Source: Octopus vulgaris
Lineage: Eukaryota
Length of the DNA: 64,000 bases
Direction: 5' to 3'
NCBI GenBank assembly: GCA_951406725.2
Contig: OX597831.1
Location: 72,602,001-72,666,000 of the forward strand
A program made the position numbers and the translations under genes. How positions within the stretch are numbered: the stretch's first letter is position 1; each line of letters opens with the position of its first letter. The notes under the pieces were generated by a model, which ran no database searches, was not told the origin of the DNA, and saw nothing but the letters and a program-made list of their open reading frames with translations. This document shows positions 25,877-38,932 of this stretch, one piece after another.

Positions 25877-26235
25877 CCCTCATGCATTATAGGTTTCTGT
25901 TGTAACTCCACTTTCTGCATTACTGATAACGATGTTTCCTTTTCTTTTTCTCACTGGTACCTGCAATTCTTTTTCACATTTTCAAGGTAAATTATCTCCA
26001 TAGTGACAAGAAACAACACAAAAACAGCAAATTGATGTCTTCTCTCTAAAAGTGCTGAACCACACCTGACACCTGGCGGTAAGTGGTGACCAACCTGCTA
26101 AGCGTTGCCACATCATACTTGAGTGAGTCAGGTACGTTGGTCAGTTGTTTGCACACCAAACGACCTGTTATGACACACTTCACCCTCCACAAGAAAGTTC
26201 GGTCTTTGGGGCTCTCTGGGTAAAGGATTGTGTAC

Positions 26236-26288
<53 letters not shown>

Positions 26289-28402
26289 TATACATATATG
26301 CACACACACACACACACACACTTACAAGCATCCACATATACTCACGCAGATGCATACACACACACACAAACAAATAGGGGCTTCTTTCAGTTTCCATCTG
26401 CCAAACTAGCCACTTACAAGATTTTGGCCAGCCTGGGGCAGAGTATTTTTACTATTTTTATATTCTGCAAATATTTTTAAGAACTAATAAAAAAGGAGAG
26501 ATTTTTCAATATTTTATAAAAGTTTAAACTACTCGAAGAGTTTCTGAAGACTAAAAGACAAATGATGCTCTGTATTTTCAGTAGACAATGTTTTATACAT
26601 TGCCAATGTTGTTTAACTCCAAATTAGTCCTGAATAAGCTGACTTATGATCAAAAGCATTCCAGACATGACCATCTTGTCTTTTAGTTATTGCATGCACT
26701 GGACTGTGTTATCCCAAAGTGACCTTTCCTTTAAGAATATCAGATGTTACTTTTACTCTCTTTTCTCTCTTTTATTTATTTCAGTCATTTGACTGCGGCC
26801 ATGCTGGAGCACCGCCTTTAGTCGAGCAAATTGACCCCGGGACTTATTCTTTGTAAGCCCAGTACTTATTCTATCGGTCTCTTTTGCCGAACCGCTAAGT
26901 GACGGGGACGTAAACACACCAGCATCGGTTGTCAAGCAATGCTAGGGGGACAAACACAGACACAGAAACACACACACATACATATATATATATACATATA
27001 TACGACGAGCTTCTTTCCGTTTCCGTCTACCAAATCCACTCACAAGGCTTTGGTCGGCCTGAGGCTATAGCAGAGGACACTTGCTCAAGATGCCACGCAG
27101 TGGGACTGAACCCTAAACCACGTGGTTGAGAAAGATTTTGGCTGTTATTTCTAGCATTACTTCAAGTAGTCCTACAGAATGTTTCATCATCATCAATCCC
27201 AGTCCTAAGACTCCTGTGGCCAGTTACCCAGTCTTTATAATGTATGAGTGACCAGGGTCACATCATTCCCCTGGACAGAATGCTAGTCCCTTGCAGGGTG
27301 GCTCATTTGCAATTGAGTGGACTGGAGCAATGGGAAACAGTGTTTTCCTCAATAACACAATGCATCAGCCAGTTCAAGGATTGAAACCATGACCTTACAA
27401 TTGTGAGTGCAACAACCTAACCACTCAGCCAACCAAACTGGCAATGGTTCTAATAATACTGAATAAACCTTTGTTATCTCAGTCAAGATAAGATGTGATT
27501 TTAGCAAACTTTGGCTGCTATATCTAGCATTTAAGTGCCTCCTTACTGTTTTTGTTGTTCCATAATTGGTAAATGTCAACAAGTGGTGATGTTCACTTGG
27601 AGGATTTTTGAGACTAATGTCTTAAGAACTCTGAGAATTCTTCAGGAAATGTCAAAAGCAATTCAATACAAACAGACATTATTTTTGTTTTGTTCCACTC
27701 AAAACTTGTTCACTTTGAAAATGTAACAACACAATAAATATATTTAAAAAATATACCTAATCTATAAAATTCCAAAGTTTCTTGTTTTAAATTTCTAATT
27801 CCAGGAATTTAAAATTTAAATATGACATTTTGAATCTAAAATTTAAATGTAATATTTTGAATTTTAGAATTAAGAACCTAAAAATATAAAATGAATTGTT
27901 TGAAATTTAATATTTAAATTTATTTCAATTTTGAATTTTAAGCTTTGTATTTACATTTCTAATGAATAAGCTTCATATTGTAATGAGAATGTGATTAAGT
28001 AACATTCATGCCTGCCTTGATGGAATTAACAATGGTAATTAAATGAAACGTTTTAAGAAGTTTCCATGTAGTCCATTCTTCTCAATATCATTTCTAATCT
28101 AAAACTGATTTCTTTTCAGTGAGCAAAGTACTCCTACAACTGACTCTGTCATCCCCAGTGTATTACAGGTATTTCTTCATATCCTACACTAATTTGCTGA
28201 ATGTAACATATTCATGTGTTTGTTATACTTTAATATTTATTAGTTAAGTTGACAGAATTGTTACCAAAGCGGAAAAAAGTGCTTAGTACTATTTCTTCCA
28301 ACTTTATGTTCTGAGGTCGACTTTGCCTTTCATCATTTCAGGGTCGATAAAATAAGGACCCTCCCCTAAAATTGCTGGTCTTATGCCAAAATTTGAAACC
28401 AA

Positions 28403-29987
28403 AATTAGCAAAGACGGAAATGTTGTTTTCAGTTGTGTTTGTTTGTTTGTCCGTGGACGAGATATCTCAAGAACCAATGGATGGATTCAGATGAAACTTT
28501 CAGGGATGTTTGACCTCATGACTGGCATTAACTGATTAGATTTTGGGATCGATCCAGTACTGGACAAGCATTCTAGATTATTTGTTATATTTACAATCTT
28601 ACGTTCACTTTCAAGACTTTTGCAACTATCTCCCTTTAGGCTGTTTCCAAAGTTTTCATTTCTTTATTAACTTTATTCGTGTTTCTATCGTAGTAGAAAC
28701 TGATGGATACAAAAATCAAACTACATAAACAATCAGCAGCAAAACCATTTAGAAATTAAATAACACTAACATAGTTTTATAATATATATATTATGCATAC
28801 ATTTTAAGACTTTACAGTATACTTACATATACACATACATCTATATATCACGTGATCACGTGACTGACCAGACCATCAGATGTTGCTACACATCGCTGGT
28901 CACAATGTGTTCGCATTGTTTTAGCCTTCGAATGACGCCACCCCGCTGGCTAAGCGAGCAGGCCAACAGAAGAAAGAGTGAGAGAAAGAGTGGTGAAAGA
29001 GTACAGCAAGGATCACCACCCCCTGCCGGAGCCTCGTGGAGCTTTTAGGTGTTTTCGCTCAATAAACACTCACAACGCCCGGTCTAGGAATCGAAACCGC
29101 GATCCTATGACCGCGAGTCCGCTGCCCTAACCACTAGGCCATTGCGCCTCCACACATACATCTATATATCAATCTAAAACAGCAGGAATACTAAAGGAAT
29201 GCCGGAATTTAAGAGAAGAGAAAAACCAAAAGATCTCATGCTATTCATTAAAAAATTCCTGAGTAGAACTTGATGTTATTACCTCTGCCTTTGAAACTAT
29301 TTTGAATGGTGAATTTGTTAACTTTGGCTTGTATTAGATACTCTTTTACTTGTTTCAGTCATTTGACTGTAGCCATGCTGGAGCACTGCCTTTAATCGAG
29401 CAACTCGATCCTGGGACTTATTCTTTTGTAAGCCCAGTACTTATTCAATCGGTCTCTTTTGCCAAACTGCTAAGTAACGGGGACATAAACACACCAGCAT
29501 CGATTGTCAAGCAATGCTAGGGGGACAAACACAGGCACACACACACACTCATATATATATACATATATACGACGGGCTTCTTTCAGTTTCCGTCTACCAA
29601 ATCCACTCACAGAGCATTGGTCGGCCCGAGGCTATAGTAGAAGACACTTGCCCAAGGTGCCACGCAGTGGGACTGCACCCGGAACCATGTAGTTGGTAAA
29701 CAGGCTACTTACCACACAGCCACTACTGTTACTAAATTTTCTACAGCCACCTTCACCTCGCATGACTACCATTGGGATCAGTCAGGTACCAGACAAGGAT
29801 TCTGGATTATTTTCCTGGTTTTTAACTTAATTGTTGTGAGTGGTCAGGTTCATTTTTAGTATTCTCATTAGTGAAAGCAGTCGAGTTTATTTCAGATATT
29901 CTCATTTTAAAAATCATCTCTGACTAATCATTGAGAGGATGTTGGTGTTGCCTTGGTGGAGGTTTGTGCTCTTTGAGTGCTCTTGTT
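28403..29987 (+). mobile_element. Helentron-associated/DINE-like element(s) with nested SINEs
   Basis: 5' (GTTT)n followed by GATATCTCAAGAACC...ATGAAACTT; 3' GGTGGAGGTTTGTGCTCTTTGAGTGC stem-loop end. A second 5'-type end, TATTACCTCTGCC, at about 29277. Confidence 0.5.
28850..29153 (-). mobile_element. SINE family C with a well-preserved tRNA-like head
   Basis: GTGGAGGCGCAATGGCCTAGTGGTTAGGGCAGCGGACTCGCGGTC...GGTTTCGATTCC followed by a non-tRNA body. Confidence 0.8.
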
Positions 29988-30202
29988 ATTATTACTATTA
30001 TTATTATTATTATCATACCAGGCAAAATGCTTAGTGGCATTTCGCTTGTCTTTACGTTCTGGGTTCAAATGATGCCAAGGTCAACTTTGCCTTTCATCCT
30101 TTTGGGGGTCGATAAAATAAGTACCAGTTGTGGACTGGGGCCAATGTAATTGACTTACCCCATCCCCTTAAACTTCAGGCCTTGTGCCTGTAGTAGAATG
30201 GA

Positions 30203-30250
<48 letters not shown>

Positions 30251-30942
30251 GGGCAGCGAGCTGGCAGAATGGTTAGCATGCCAGGCAAAATTCTTAGCAA
30301 CATTTCTTGTCTTTATGTTGTGAGTTCAAATTCCACCGAGGTCGACTTTGCCTTTCATTCTTTCGGGGTTGATAAATTAAGTACCAGTTGCATACTGGTG
30401 TCAATCTAATCAACTGGTCCCCTCCCCAAAACTTTTGGGCCTTGTGCCTAGAGTAGAAAAGAATATAATAAAAGTACTGGGGTCGAATTATTTAACCCAC
30501 ATTTTAACCTTGTGATTCTATTAAATTTGATGAGAGAAATATGAAGTATTGCTATGGTTGGAGTTAGCTTGCCCATAGCAACCTATATCTTTTCGAAACG
30601 GCCATAAGACTTTATACATGTTCCAGACTCTTTATAACTCATTTTACATTCGCTTTATCATCCACTTCATTGATTCAAATTCGAACATTCAGACTTCGCA
30701 AGTACATTTATGGACTTACATTTTTTATGTGTTTATAAATTTTTATATTTGTATGAATTTTTATAAATTTTTGTGTATATGTATGTATTTATAAATTCTT
30801 AGAAATTTTTTATATATCATATAGATGAATGCATCTATGTATGTACTTTGTATACCATGGAGAATTTCGTTAATATGGATTGAATGAATACATCGACCTT
30901 TGAATTTTTCTCTTCTCTTTAATTTTATAAATATATATGTAT

Positions 30943-31113
30943 CTATAATACAAATAAGAAAATGGAGAAACAATTTAGTTGGTTCATCAGCTTTAGCATA
31001 TTAGAATGTTGCCTTATTTGTTCTCGTTTTGTTAAATAAATAAGGCAACATTCTAATATCCGAAAGCTGATAAACCAACTAAATTGTTTCTCCATTTTCT
31101 TATTTGTATTATA
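30943..31113. repeat. Foldback with arms of about 76 bp
   Basis: ATAATACAAATAAGAAAATGGAGAAACAATTTAGTTGG...GCCTTATTT is inverted at 31038-31113. Confidence 0.8.
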
Positions 31114-33353
31114 AATTAATGCTAAAATATTTCTTTACCTTCACCCATTTAATACCCAATTTGGATATTATACCAACAGTATATTTGATAAATATTATCC
31201 CTTAGTGGGTTTGATCCACAACCCCTAACTTACTTGGTATTATATATATATATATATATATATATATCTTTATATCTTTTTCAAGCTGCTACAGTTTGAG
31301 AAAATTTTTGACTGCTGTTTCAGGAAGGTTCAGCAACTCAGTAGAAGCTTTTTCATTAGCTAACAGTTGTGTGTATGAATGTGTGTGGGAGAGGAAGATT
31401 GTCATACTTTATCAAGCATCCTGAATGCATAGTGTGTGTGTGTGTGTGCAAGTGTAAAATATTTAAGCAGGGAGTGACCGTCTTAAAAATAACAACATAG
31501 AACCATATAATGTATATATTATACACAAATCACATAACATATATATAATGGTAGTAAATTGGAGGAATATGTTGGAATGGTTGTGCCAGCATGTTCCTCT
31601 GTTTACTGCCATTAGATGGTGTATTTCTGTGTTGATCTCAAAGCCTCCATCTGTAAAAATATCATTTTTGCTGAAGGAATAAAATTGTTGAAGTCACATT
31701 TTTTTCCATTTTTATAGAAAATTTACAGCAGGAGACCTATTTAATTTTTTTTTTTTAATTTATTTCATAATTGCATCATGAAAGAACCATTTTAACCATA
31801 TTAAAAAAAATATATGCAAACTTTATTAAATTTGCTTTCCATTTATTTCTTGGTATCAAAATTCAAAATTTTCCTCAGACAAATTGTGTCATGGACCAAT
31901 GGGATGAAAATTTCTGACACTTACAGAAAATTAAATGTAAAAGAATTTAAAAATTTCTTTCTGTGTGTTGTCTTAAATGTTTAAAATAGTTCTTCCATGA
32001 TGTAATTCCTTCCGTTTTAAACACTCTCAGATCAACTCACTTGCCACACAAGTACAACTCTCAAGTTTGTTTTATTTTATTAAAATTTATTTTAAAAAGT
32101 TAAAAACTGACATTTGTGTAAATGTATTATGCATGTGTGTGTATATATGTAAGCAATAGGTGTATAACATTACAGATGCATACATGGGTGACTATATATT
32201 GGTGAGTAAATGTATGTATAATGTATTTCGAGTCCTTTTGTCCATTTTTGACATTGCTGCTAAGGCAATGATGTGTTTTTGTATGTCTGTATTTGATAGC
32301 ATAAAAGACTCACGGATATATTGAACTAAGCCCAATTCCAGCCGTACAAATTGAGTTTTCCATTGCATTAACCCTTTCTGCATTCAAATTCCTCTGTCAA
32401 ATATAATCCTTATTTATTCATTGTTTTGAATTAATCCTGCGTTATCTCGTAGCCTCAAAATTTTAATGATGTGATTATTTTTAGGGTAAGTGTAAGGGGC
32501 CAAATCTGGCCTATTTGAACCTAAAGCAGAATATTTGGAATGATTATAGCGATCGAGCCCCGTGCTAGTAGGGTGCTAAGAGCACCATCTGAGCGTGATC
32601 ATTGCCAGAGCGGCTATTTGGCCTCCATGCCGGTGGCACGTAAAAGACAACATTCGAGCGTGATCGTTACCAGCATCGCTTTACTGGCACCTGTGCCGGT
32701 GGCATGTGTAAAAGATTTGAGCGAGGTCATTGCCAGTACCGCCTGACTGGCCCCCATGCAGGTGGCATGTAAAAGCACCCACTACACTCTCGGAGTGGTT
32801 GGCGTTAGGAAGGGCATCCAGCTGTAGAAACTCTGCCAGATTAAGATTGAAGCCTGGTGCAGCCATCTGGTTCGCCAGCCCTCAGTCATTCATCTAACCC
32901 ATGCTAGCATGGAAAGCAGATGTTAAACGATGATGATGGCTGATTAAGGGTTAAAGTATGTATTGCAGGCTTGACTAAGCATAAAGGATCTGAGGAGATT
33001 TAAAAGAAATTTTTTTTTTTTTAAGGGAAACGTGTGTCTCACATTCCATCAAATACAATATGTATATGCATGTGTTTATGTAAGTATATATATGTTTATG
33101 CGCGTGAAGGAAAAACGAAGAGCAAGCAAGGTTTTAAGGACCTGCGTGTTGCTGGCAACAATACAGATGAGAAAATTATACAAAAGTTATAAAAATTAAA
33201 AAAAGAAAAAGGTAAAAAGCAACATGCTGAAAGGAAGATGCAGTTTTAGAGAGGAGAAAGGATTGAATGCTAGGCAAAGACAACATTTTGGCCAGGCTGA
33301 ATTCACCATTTACAGACAGATAAAAGAGGTTCATGCTTTGTGGAGGATTGTGT

Positions 33354-33428
33354 TCATACCCACTGGCCCTTCGGATAGACAACTTCCATATCATAATTTG
33401 GAGTTTTATTACTGCCATCTTGCATAGA
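33354..33428 (-). CDS. PLEKHA1: Probable last coding exon of the PLEKHA1/2-like gene (SMQDGSNKTPNYDMEVVYPKGQWV*)
   Basis: Strong polypyrimidine tract plus TTTCAG, phase 0, open to TGA, followed by largely non-repetitive UTR-like sequence. No homology support for the peptide itself. Confidence 0.6.
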   Translation of the reverse strand, partial: SMQDGSNKTPNYDMEVVYPKGQWV

Positions 33429-34039
33429 CTGAAAATAGAAAACAGAAGGGATTTACTGTACAATAAACATTAACAGAATTGCATTGTTAGTTGTTAATCT
33501 GCACGTTCGATGCAACCACTTGCTGGGACACATGCAGTGCCCTGGGGCCAGTGAAGGTTAAGAGATGTTGATAAACTGAAAGCTTACAGTAAAGAAATAC
33601 CTCCATATACTCTTTTGTCATTTGACTGCGGCCATGCTGGAGCACCACCTTTAGTCGAGCAAATCGACCCCAGGACTTATTCTTTGTAAGCCCAGTACTT
33701 ATTCTATTGGTTTCTTTTTTGTCGAACCGCTAAGTGACAGGGACGTAAACACACCAGCATCGGTTGTCAAGCAATGCTAGGGGGACAAACACACACACAC
33801 ACACATATATATACATATATACGATAGGCTTCTTTCAGTTTCCGTCCACCAAATCCACACACAAGGCATTGGTCGGCCCGGGGCTATAGCAGAAGACACT
33901 TGCCCGTGATGCCACGCAGTGGAACTCAACCCGGAACCATGTGGTTGGTAAGCAAGCTACTTACCACACAGCCACTCCTGTGCCTCCATATCATACAACC
34001 CAAATATCTAAATTGATAGGGTTTTTCTATTAATCATCG

Positions 34040-34259
34040 TTAAAGTGGTGAGCTGACAGAATCGTTAGCATGCTAGGAAAAATGCTTAGTGACATTTCAT
34101 CTGATTTTACGTTCTGGGTTCAAATTTCGCTGAGGTCAACTTTGCCTTTCATCCTTTCAGTGTCGATAAATTAAGTACCAGTGAAATACTGGAGTTGATG
34201 TGATTGACTTAACCCCCTCCCCCAAAATTTCAGGCCTTGTGCCTATTGTAGAAAGGATG

Positions 34260-34291
<32 letters not shown>

Positions 34292-34960
34292 GGCAGTGAG
34301 CTGGCAGAATTGCTAGCATGCCAGGCGAAATGTTTAGTGGTATTTTGTCTGCTGCTATCTTCTGAGTTCAAATTTCACCGGGGCCAATAAATTAAGTACC
34401 AGTTGCGTACTAGGCTGGATGTAGTTGACTTACCCCTTCCCCTTAGACTTCAGGCCTTGTCCCTTTAGTAGAAAGGATTATTATTGTGCTGAACTGACAG
34501 AATCATTAGCTTTTCATCTATCTTTACATTCTCCGTTCAAATTCCTCCAAGATCAACTTTACCAGTCATCCTTTTGGGCTTGATAAAATAAGTACCAGTT
34601 GAACAATGGGGTTTGATGTAATCGACTTGGCCCCGCCCCTGAAATTGCTGGTTTTGTGCCAAAATTTGAAGCAGTGAGCCGGCAGAACCATTAGCACAGT
34701 GGGTAAAATGCTAAACAGCCATCTGTCTGTCTTTACATTCTGAGTTCAAATTCTGCCAAGGTTGATAAAATAAGTCCATGTTGACTCTACCCTGCCCTGA
34801 AATTGCTGGCCTTGTGCCAAAATTTGAAATTATTATTCTCTAAGGCAACAAGCTGGCAGAATCAATAACACGCTGGACACGATGCCTAGCAGCATTTCTT
34901 TCAACTTTATATTCAGAATTCAAATTCAAAGGTCAGCTTTGACATTCATTCTTTGACAGT
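34040..34960 (+). mobile_element. Head-to-tail stack of about five or six SINE family B copies (GAGCTGGCAGAA...GAGTTCAAATTCC...AAGTACCAG)
   Basis: Heads at about 34048, 34297, 34488, 34675 and 34850, mostly separated by (ATT)n. Other copies at 6440-6650(-), 10270-10472(-), 30015-30465(+), 41748-41975(+), 49500-49728(+), 51330-51543(-) and 57950-58170(-). Confidence 0.85.
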
Positions 34961-35109
34961 TTTTTATTGGGACTGGATCCAGAACCATGTGGTTGGGAAG
35001 CAAACCTCTTACCCCATGCCCACACTTGCACCTGTCAATGAAATAAGCACAAGTCTGGAGCACTGGCATCAATGCCACTGTCCACCTCAAATTTCAGGCT
35101 TCGTCCTTA

Positions 35110-35402
35110 TCTTTTAAAGTAGCGCGTGTGAGACTGTCTCCTCTGATTTAGATTCCTAACTACTCCCACATTTTGCGGTGCAGTTTAACCAAAAGCAGGT
35201 ATCTTATAGTCGTCATTCATATCGAGCCCTTCTGGGTATTAGCGTGTGTCTACGATGAGTCTACGATTTAAAAAAAATTTACCATCCTTTTTCCGCATTT
35301 TTAATGATTTTTGCCAGGGTTATATAAGGGAAGTAACTCTCTAAAAATGCTTATATAGTTATTTCCCTTACAAACCCGAGCAACGCCGGGCGATACTGCT
35401 AG
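35110..35402 (+). mobile_element. Short non-autonomous Helitron
   Basis: A|TC ... CCCGAGCAACGCCGGG hairpin ... CTAG|T. Confidence 0.75.
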
Positions 35403-36850
35403 TTGTAGAAATTATTATTATGATAAACTTGCAGAATCATTAACGTGTCAGACAAAATGCTTAGTAATTCTTCCAGTTCTTTACTTTCCAAGTATCAAAT
35501 CTGCCAAGGTTGACTTGCCCTTCATCCATTCAGGGTTAATAAAATAAGGACCACTTGAGTATTGGGGTTTGACATAATAAACCTGACCCTACCCTTTAAA
35601 ATTGCTGACCCTGAGTCAAACTTACAGCTTCCACCCGCCAAATCTGCTCACAAGGACTTGGTCAGCTGGGGACTATAAATAGATAACACTTGCTCATGGT
35701 TCCACCCAGCAGGACTGAACTCGATAACCACATGGTTGGGAAGCAGGGCTCCTAACCACACAGCCACACTTACTCTCTTCAGAAATTAATTTAAGTTACC
35801 ATTTTAAAGACTTGTGTTAAAAGTAAAACAGGAATAATGACCACAAGCCAGACGAGGCTGTTAATTTAGTCATGGAAAGCTGAAATAATAAATAAAACAT
35901 ACAAAGAAAAATAAAGTAAAGCAAATTTGTGTTTTGTTGAAATAAAGAAAAGAGAAACTATTTCCAAAACTGTTTTATGTATTTATTTGCTTCGTCACCA
36001 TGGGTGGTTGTGTCTGTATTGGTTTGTTGTCAGCTCAGGACTTATGATCAAAGACATTCCAACTGCGACCATCCCATCATATTATCAGACATTCAATAAT
36101 GTAGTCCTAGATATACAAAGTGTCCTTCCTCTTATTATGTAGGGTGTGGCACTGATGGAGATTTGACTGATATTTCCAATGCACATCTGTGTGTTTGTGG
36201 CAAAGACATGTCTATGTTGTCCGTCTGTAGGGGCAGAGTTTTCTCACTAGTGACTTCACAAACATTTAAATAACAAAATATCCGCTAAATAAACTATTAA
36301 TTTGTAGAAGATTAGTTCAGGTAGGGGACAGAAGGGAAATAGGTGGATTGCAGAGAGAGAGAGAGAAAATAAGTTGTGTCTTAACTAAATTTCCTGTTAA
36401 TTGTTAAATAAATTAATAATGATGATGATGATAATGACTGCAGTTAAGTAATAACTAAATAGTGGTGACAAAATGTTTTTCTTTTCTTTAATCTTTTAGA
36501 AGCAGTGGTGGTGATGGTGGATGTGATGATGATGACGACAATGAATTGGATAATGAATGATGGAGACGAAGGTAACGATGATAATGGGCATGAATGTGGT
36601 GGTAATGATAACTCTGATGATGAATACGGTGATGACGAATGTGATGCTAATTATGATAATGAAGTGGGGAGAAATGTGGTGATGGCGATGATGAAGGGTG
36701 CAAATGCAATGGTGACAGCAGTGGTGGTGGTGGTGGTGGTGGTGTTTGAAAGAATTAAAAGGAAAGAAGGCAATGAATGTTCCAGATTGCGATTCCACAC
36801 CAAGAAGTGAATGACTTTGCACAAAAGCAAAACTTGTTTCCACGTCTCCC

Positions 36851-37846
36851 TTAACCCTTTCATTACTATATTTCTGACCAAAATACACCCCTTATGTGTT
36901 TCAATTAATTTCTAACATAATCATAAATTTAGTCTGGTTTCATTAAACAACTATAACTTTATTAACGGGAATTTTGGAAGATAATTTAATGAAATGTTCT
37001 CAACCAATTCTAAACTATAATTTTTGTCACAAAGTGACTCTAATTGCAGGTAGATACAGGTAAATTCAACAAAATATAAAATTATAAAAATTTTGTTCAA
37101 ACATCGCTATAGAAAATGGGTTATTAGCTAATATTCAATTGGGTATACAACAAAATTTTACGATAGAATTTGTTATTCTGGGTAACTTTCTGATACCTAT
37201 AATAATATTTATGGCAAAATAGTCTTAATTTCATTTAAGGTTGTGGCTCATTCGAAAAAGTAAAAAGAAATAGTCTAAGGCTTTACTCTTCTGGGAAAGT
37301 CTGTGGCTTGGTCCAGTTTCTTCAGAAAAATCACCGAAAGAAACAGTTTTTAAATTTCACTCCATTCAGGTGCCAATTCATTTTCTTTATCGCTGTCGGA
37401 GCTCTCGGATTCACTGTTTTCACTTTCGGAAAATGAAACATCAGATTCATTATAAAAACCACATGCTTTTTTTTTTCAGTCATAGAGTTAGATTTATGAA
37501 GGTCTTCAGTAGAAAATCCTTCGAATTCTGACTCGCTGCTTGATATAATGAAATTCGTATCCATTGTTTGTCAGAATTACAAATTTTGAAAACACAATAG
37601 GAACAAATTTCGGAAAAAAATCTCCCAAAATTCACGGAATTACAATTACACTTCGATTTTTGTACAAAACTGTCGTTGAACACTTTATGAAGTATAATAC
37701 GTATTTTCACGAATGTACTAAAGAGATTTGCTCTGATATTCTCATTTAAATATGAATAGGTAAATTCGGGCAGTTTTGGGCGGCTTGGTCACATTAACCA
37801 AAATTTTTTCGGGCGGTTTCGGGTGGTTTGGTAACAAAAGGGTTAA
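36851..37846 (-). mobile_element. Non-autonomous piggyBac-type element, about 1 kb
   Basis: TTAA-CCCTTTCATTAC ... GTAACAAAAGGG-TTAA; the minus strand encodes MDTNFIISSSESEFEGFSTEDL, resembling an acidic transposase N-terminus. Confidence 0.75.
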
Positions 37847-38040
37847 GAGCACAAACAATTCCTACGTCTCAGGAATAAAAACAGATTCTACCAAAACTAA
37901 GTTTTAAATCAGAAATTCTAAAAGGAATGAACAAGGAGGAAAATGGCAGAACAGCTTCGGTTGGTTGCTGACTGGAGCAAATAAACAGATGGGGATTGTT
38001 TCTTTAGATGACCCCCTACAGCCCTTCGATACCCTTCTTA

Positions 38041-38075
<35 letters not shown>

Positions 38076-38079
38076 AGGT

Positions 38080-38276
38080 CAGTGGTTTTCAACCAGGGTT
38101 CTGCAGAATCTTAGGGTTCCGCAAAAAGTTACAAAACTGCTAAAATCGGCAGTAATTTTTAAGTCTCCTTTGCAGATATGTGTGCATAAGACTATTAAAT
38201 TATTGCACAGGGGTTCCTCGAGCCAGTGGAATGTTTCCTTGGGGTTCTGCTCCAGCAAAAAGTTTGAAAAGCACTG
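38080..38276. mobile_element. hAT-type MITE
   Basis: TIR CAGTGGTTTTCAA / TTGAAAAGCACTG with a perfect 8-bp TSD, CCCTAGGT. Confidence 0.9.
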
Positions 38277-38337
38277 CCCTAGGTTATGTGTTTTGATGGA
38301 TTGATAAATGGCAGTGGTGCCTAAAAAGTTGTCTTAC

Positions 38338-38418
38338 CTTTCGTTCTTCACATTTAATAGTTCTAAGGAGTTTTTGTATAGCATCGATCCAGCTGCTCAT
38401 GTCTGTTGGAGAATCTGC
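38338..38418 (-). CDS. PLEKHA1: PLEKHA1/2-like exon (ADSPTDMSSWIDAIQKLLRTIKCEERK; PH2 C-terminal helix)
   Basis: TCTCAG acceptor, GTAAGA donor, 81 bp, phase 0-0. ADSPxxMxSWI is the PH terminal helix. Confidence 0.9.
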
Positions 38419-38659
38419 CTGAGAACGAAAATGGAAGAGAGAAATCCACATCACATGAAGAAAATATAACACCTTTTTAAGGGTCAGTTGTTGCTGTTTA
38501 GCCCTAGGTCAGCCCTGACCAAAAACATTCATGACCATCTGGCCTGCTTTTCTATGTCTTCAACTACACAGTCCAATGTGCCCCTCCCCCCTCAAGATGC
38601 TAGAATATGACTTGTGGAGGATTTAGCTACAATTCCTAACAAATCGAGGAATCTTGTAA

Positions 38660-38932
38660 AAGATTTCTTGTTGGTTTGTCAATTGTTGTGATGCCAAGAA
38701 TCAACAGACCAACTTGTAAGTCCTCTATTCTTGTATCAAGGATTACCAAAACAATTATTGGTCCTATATTTTGTGGTGCCAGGAACCATGAAGACAATTT
38801 GTCAGTCTCATATTCTTGAGGTCCTACACTGTCACCAAACAATTGTTGGTTCTATATTCTGGTGGTATCAGGAATTACCAAAACAACTTGTTGGTCTTAT
38901 CTTTTTTTTGTCAGAATAACTAGTTGGTCCTA
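38660..38932. repeat. Degenerate minisatellite, units of about 43-45 bp, about 6 units
   Basis: Recurring CAA(C/T)TTGTTGGTC-TATATTCT...ATCAGGAATTACCAAAA. Confidence 0.6.

Larger units (their letters stand above)
22907..26238 (-). mobile_element. Decayed Tigger/pogo-type DNA transposon with nested insertions
   Basis: TIRs CAGGTATGCAATCCTTTATCCAGA and CAGGTACACAATCCTTTACCCAGA (reverse complement), both flanked by TA. Minus-strand remnants: MQKVELQQK (CENP-B-type HTH start, about 25920), AVVDAWN (about 24850), an acidic segment at 24390-24610, and RQMNLEEVFKK (about 23730). Confidence 0.7.

Noticed and set aside
25330-25920. 196-aa ORF as a host gene
   Set aside because: It is a composite of a Tigger remnant, a (GA)n tract and an RTE LINE tail with its own TSD.
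29075-29153. Possible tRNA gene (also at 42486 and 4545-4623)
   Set aside because: No complete acceptor stem or terminator; the sequence continues into SINE bodies and is multi-copy.
36496-36888. His-rich and Asp-rich ORFs
   Set aside because: Degenerate (GAT/GGT)n low-complexity tract with no convincing splice sites.
37900-38040. Possible alternative PLEKHA terminal exon
   Set aside because: Available AG acceptors give stop codons within a few codons in phase 0, and there is no pyrimidine tract.
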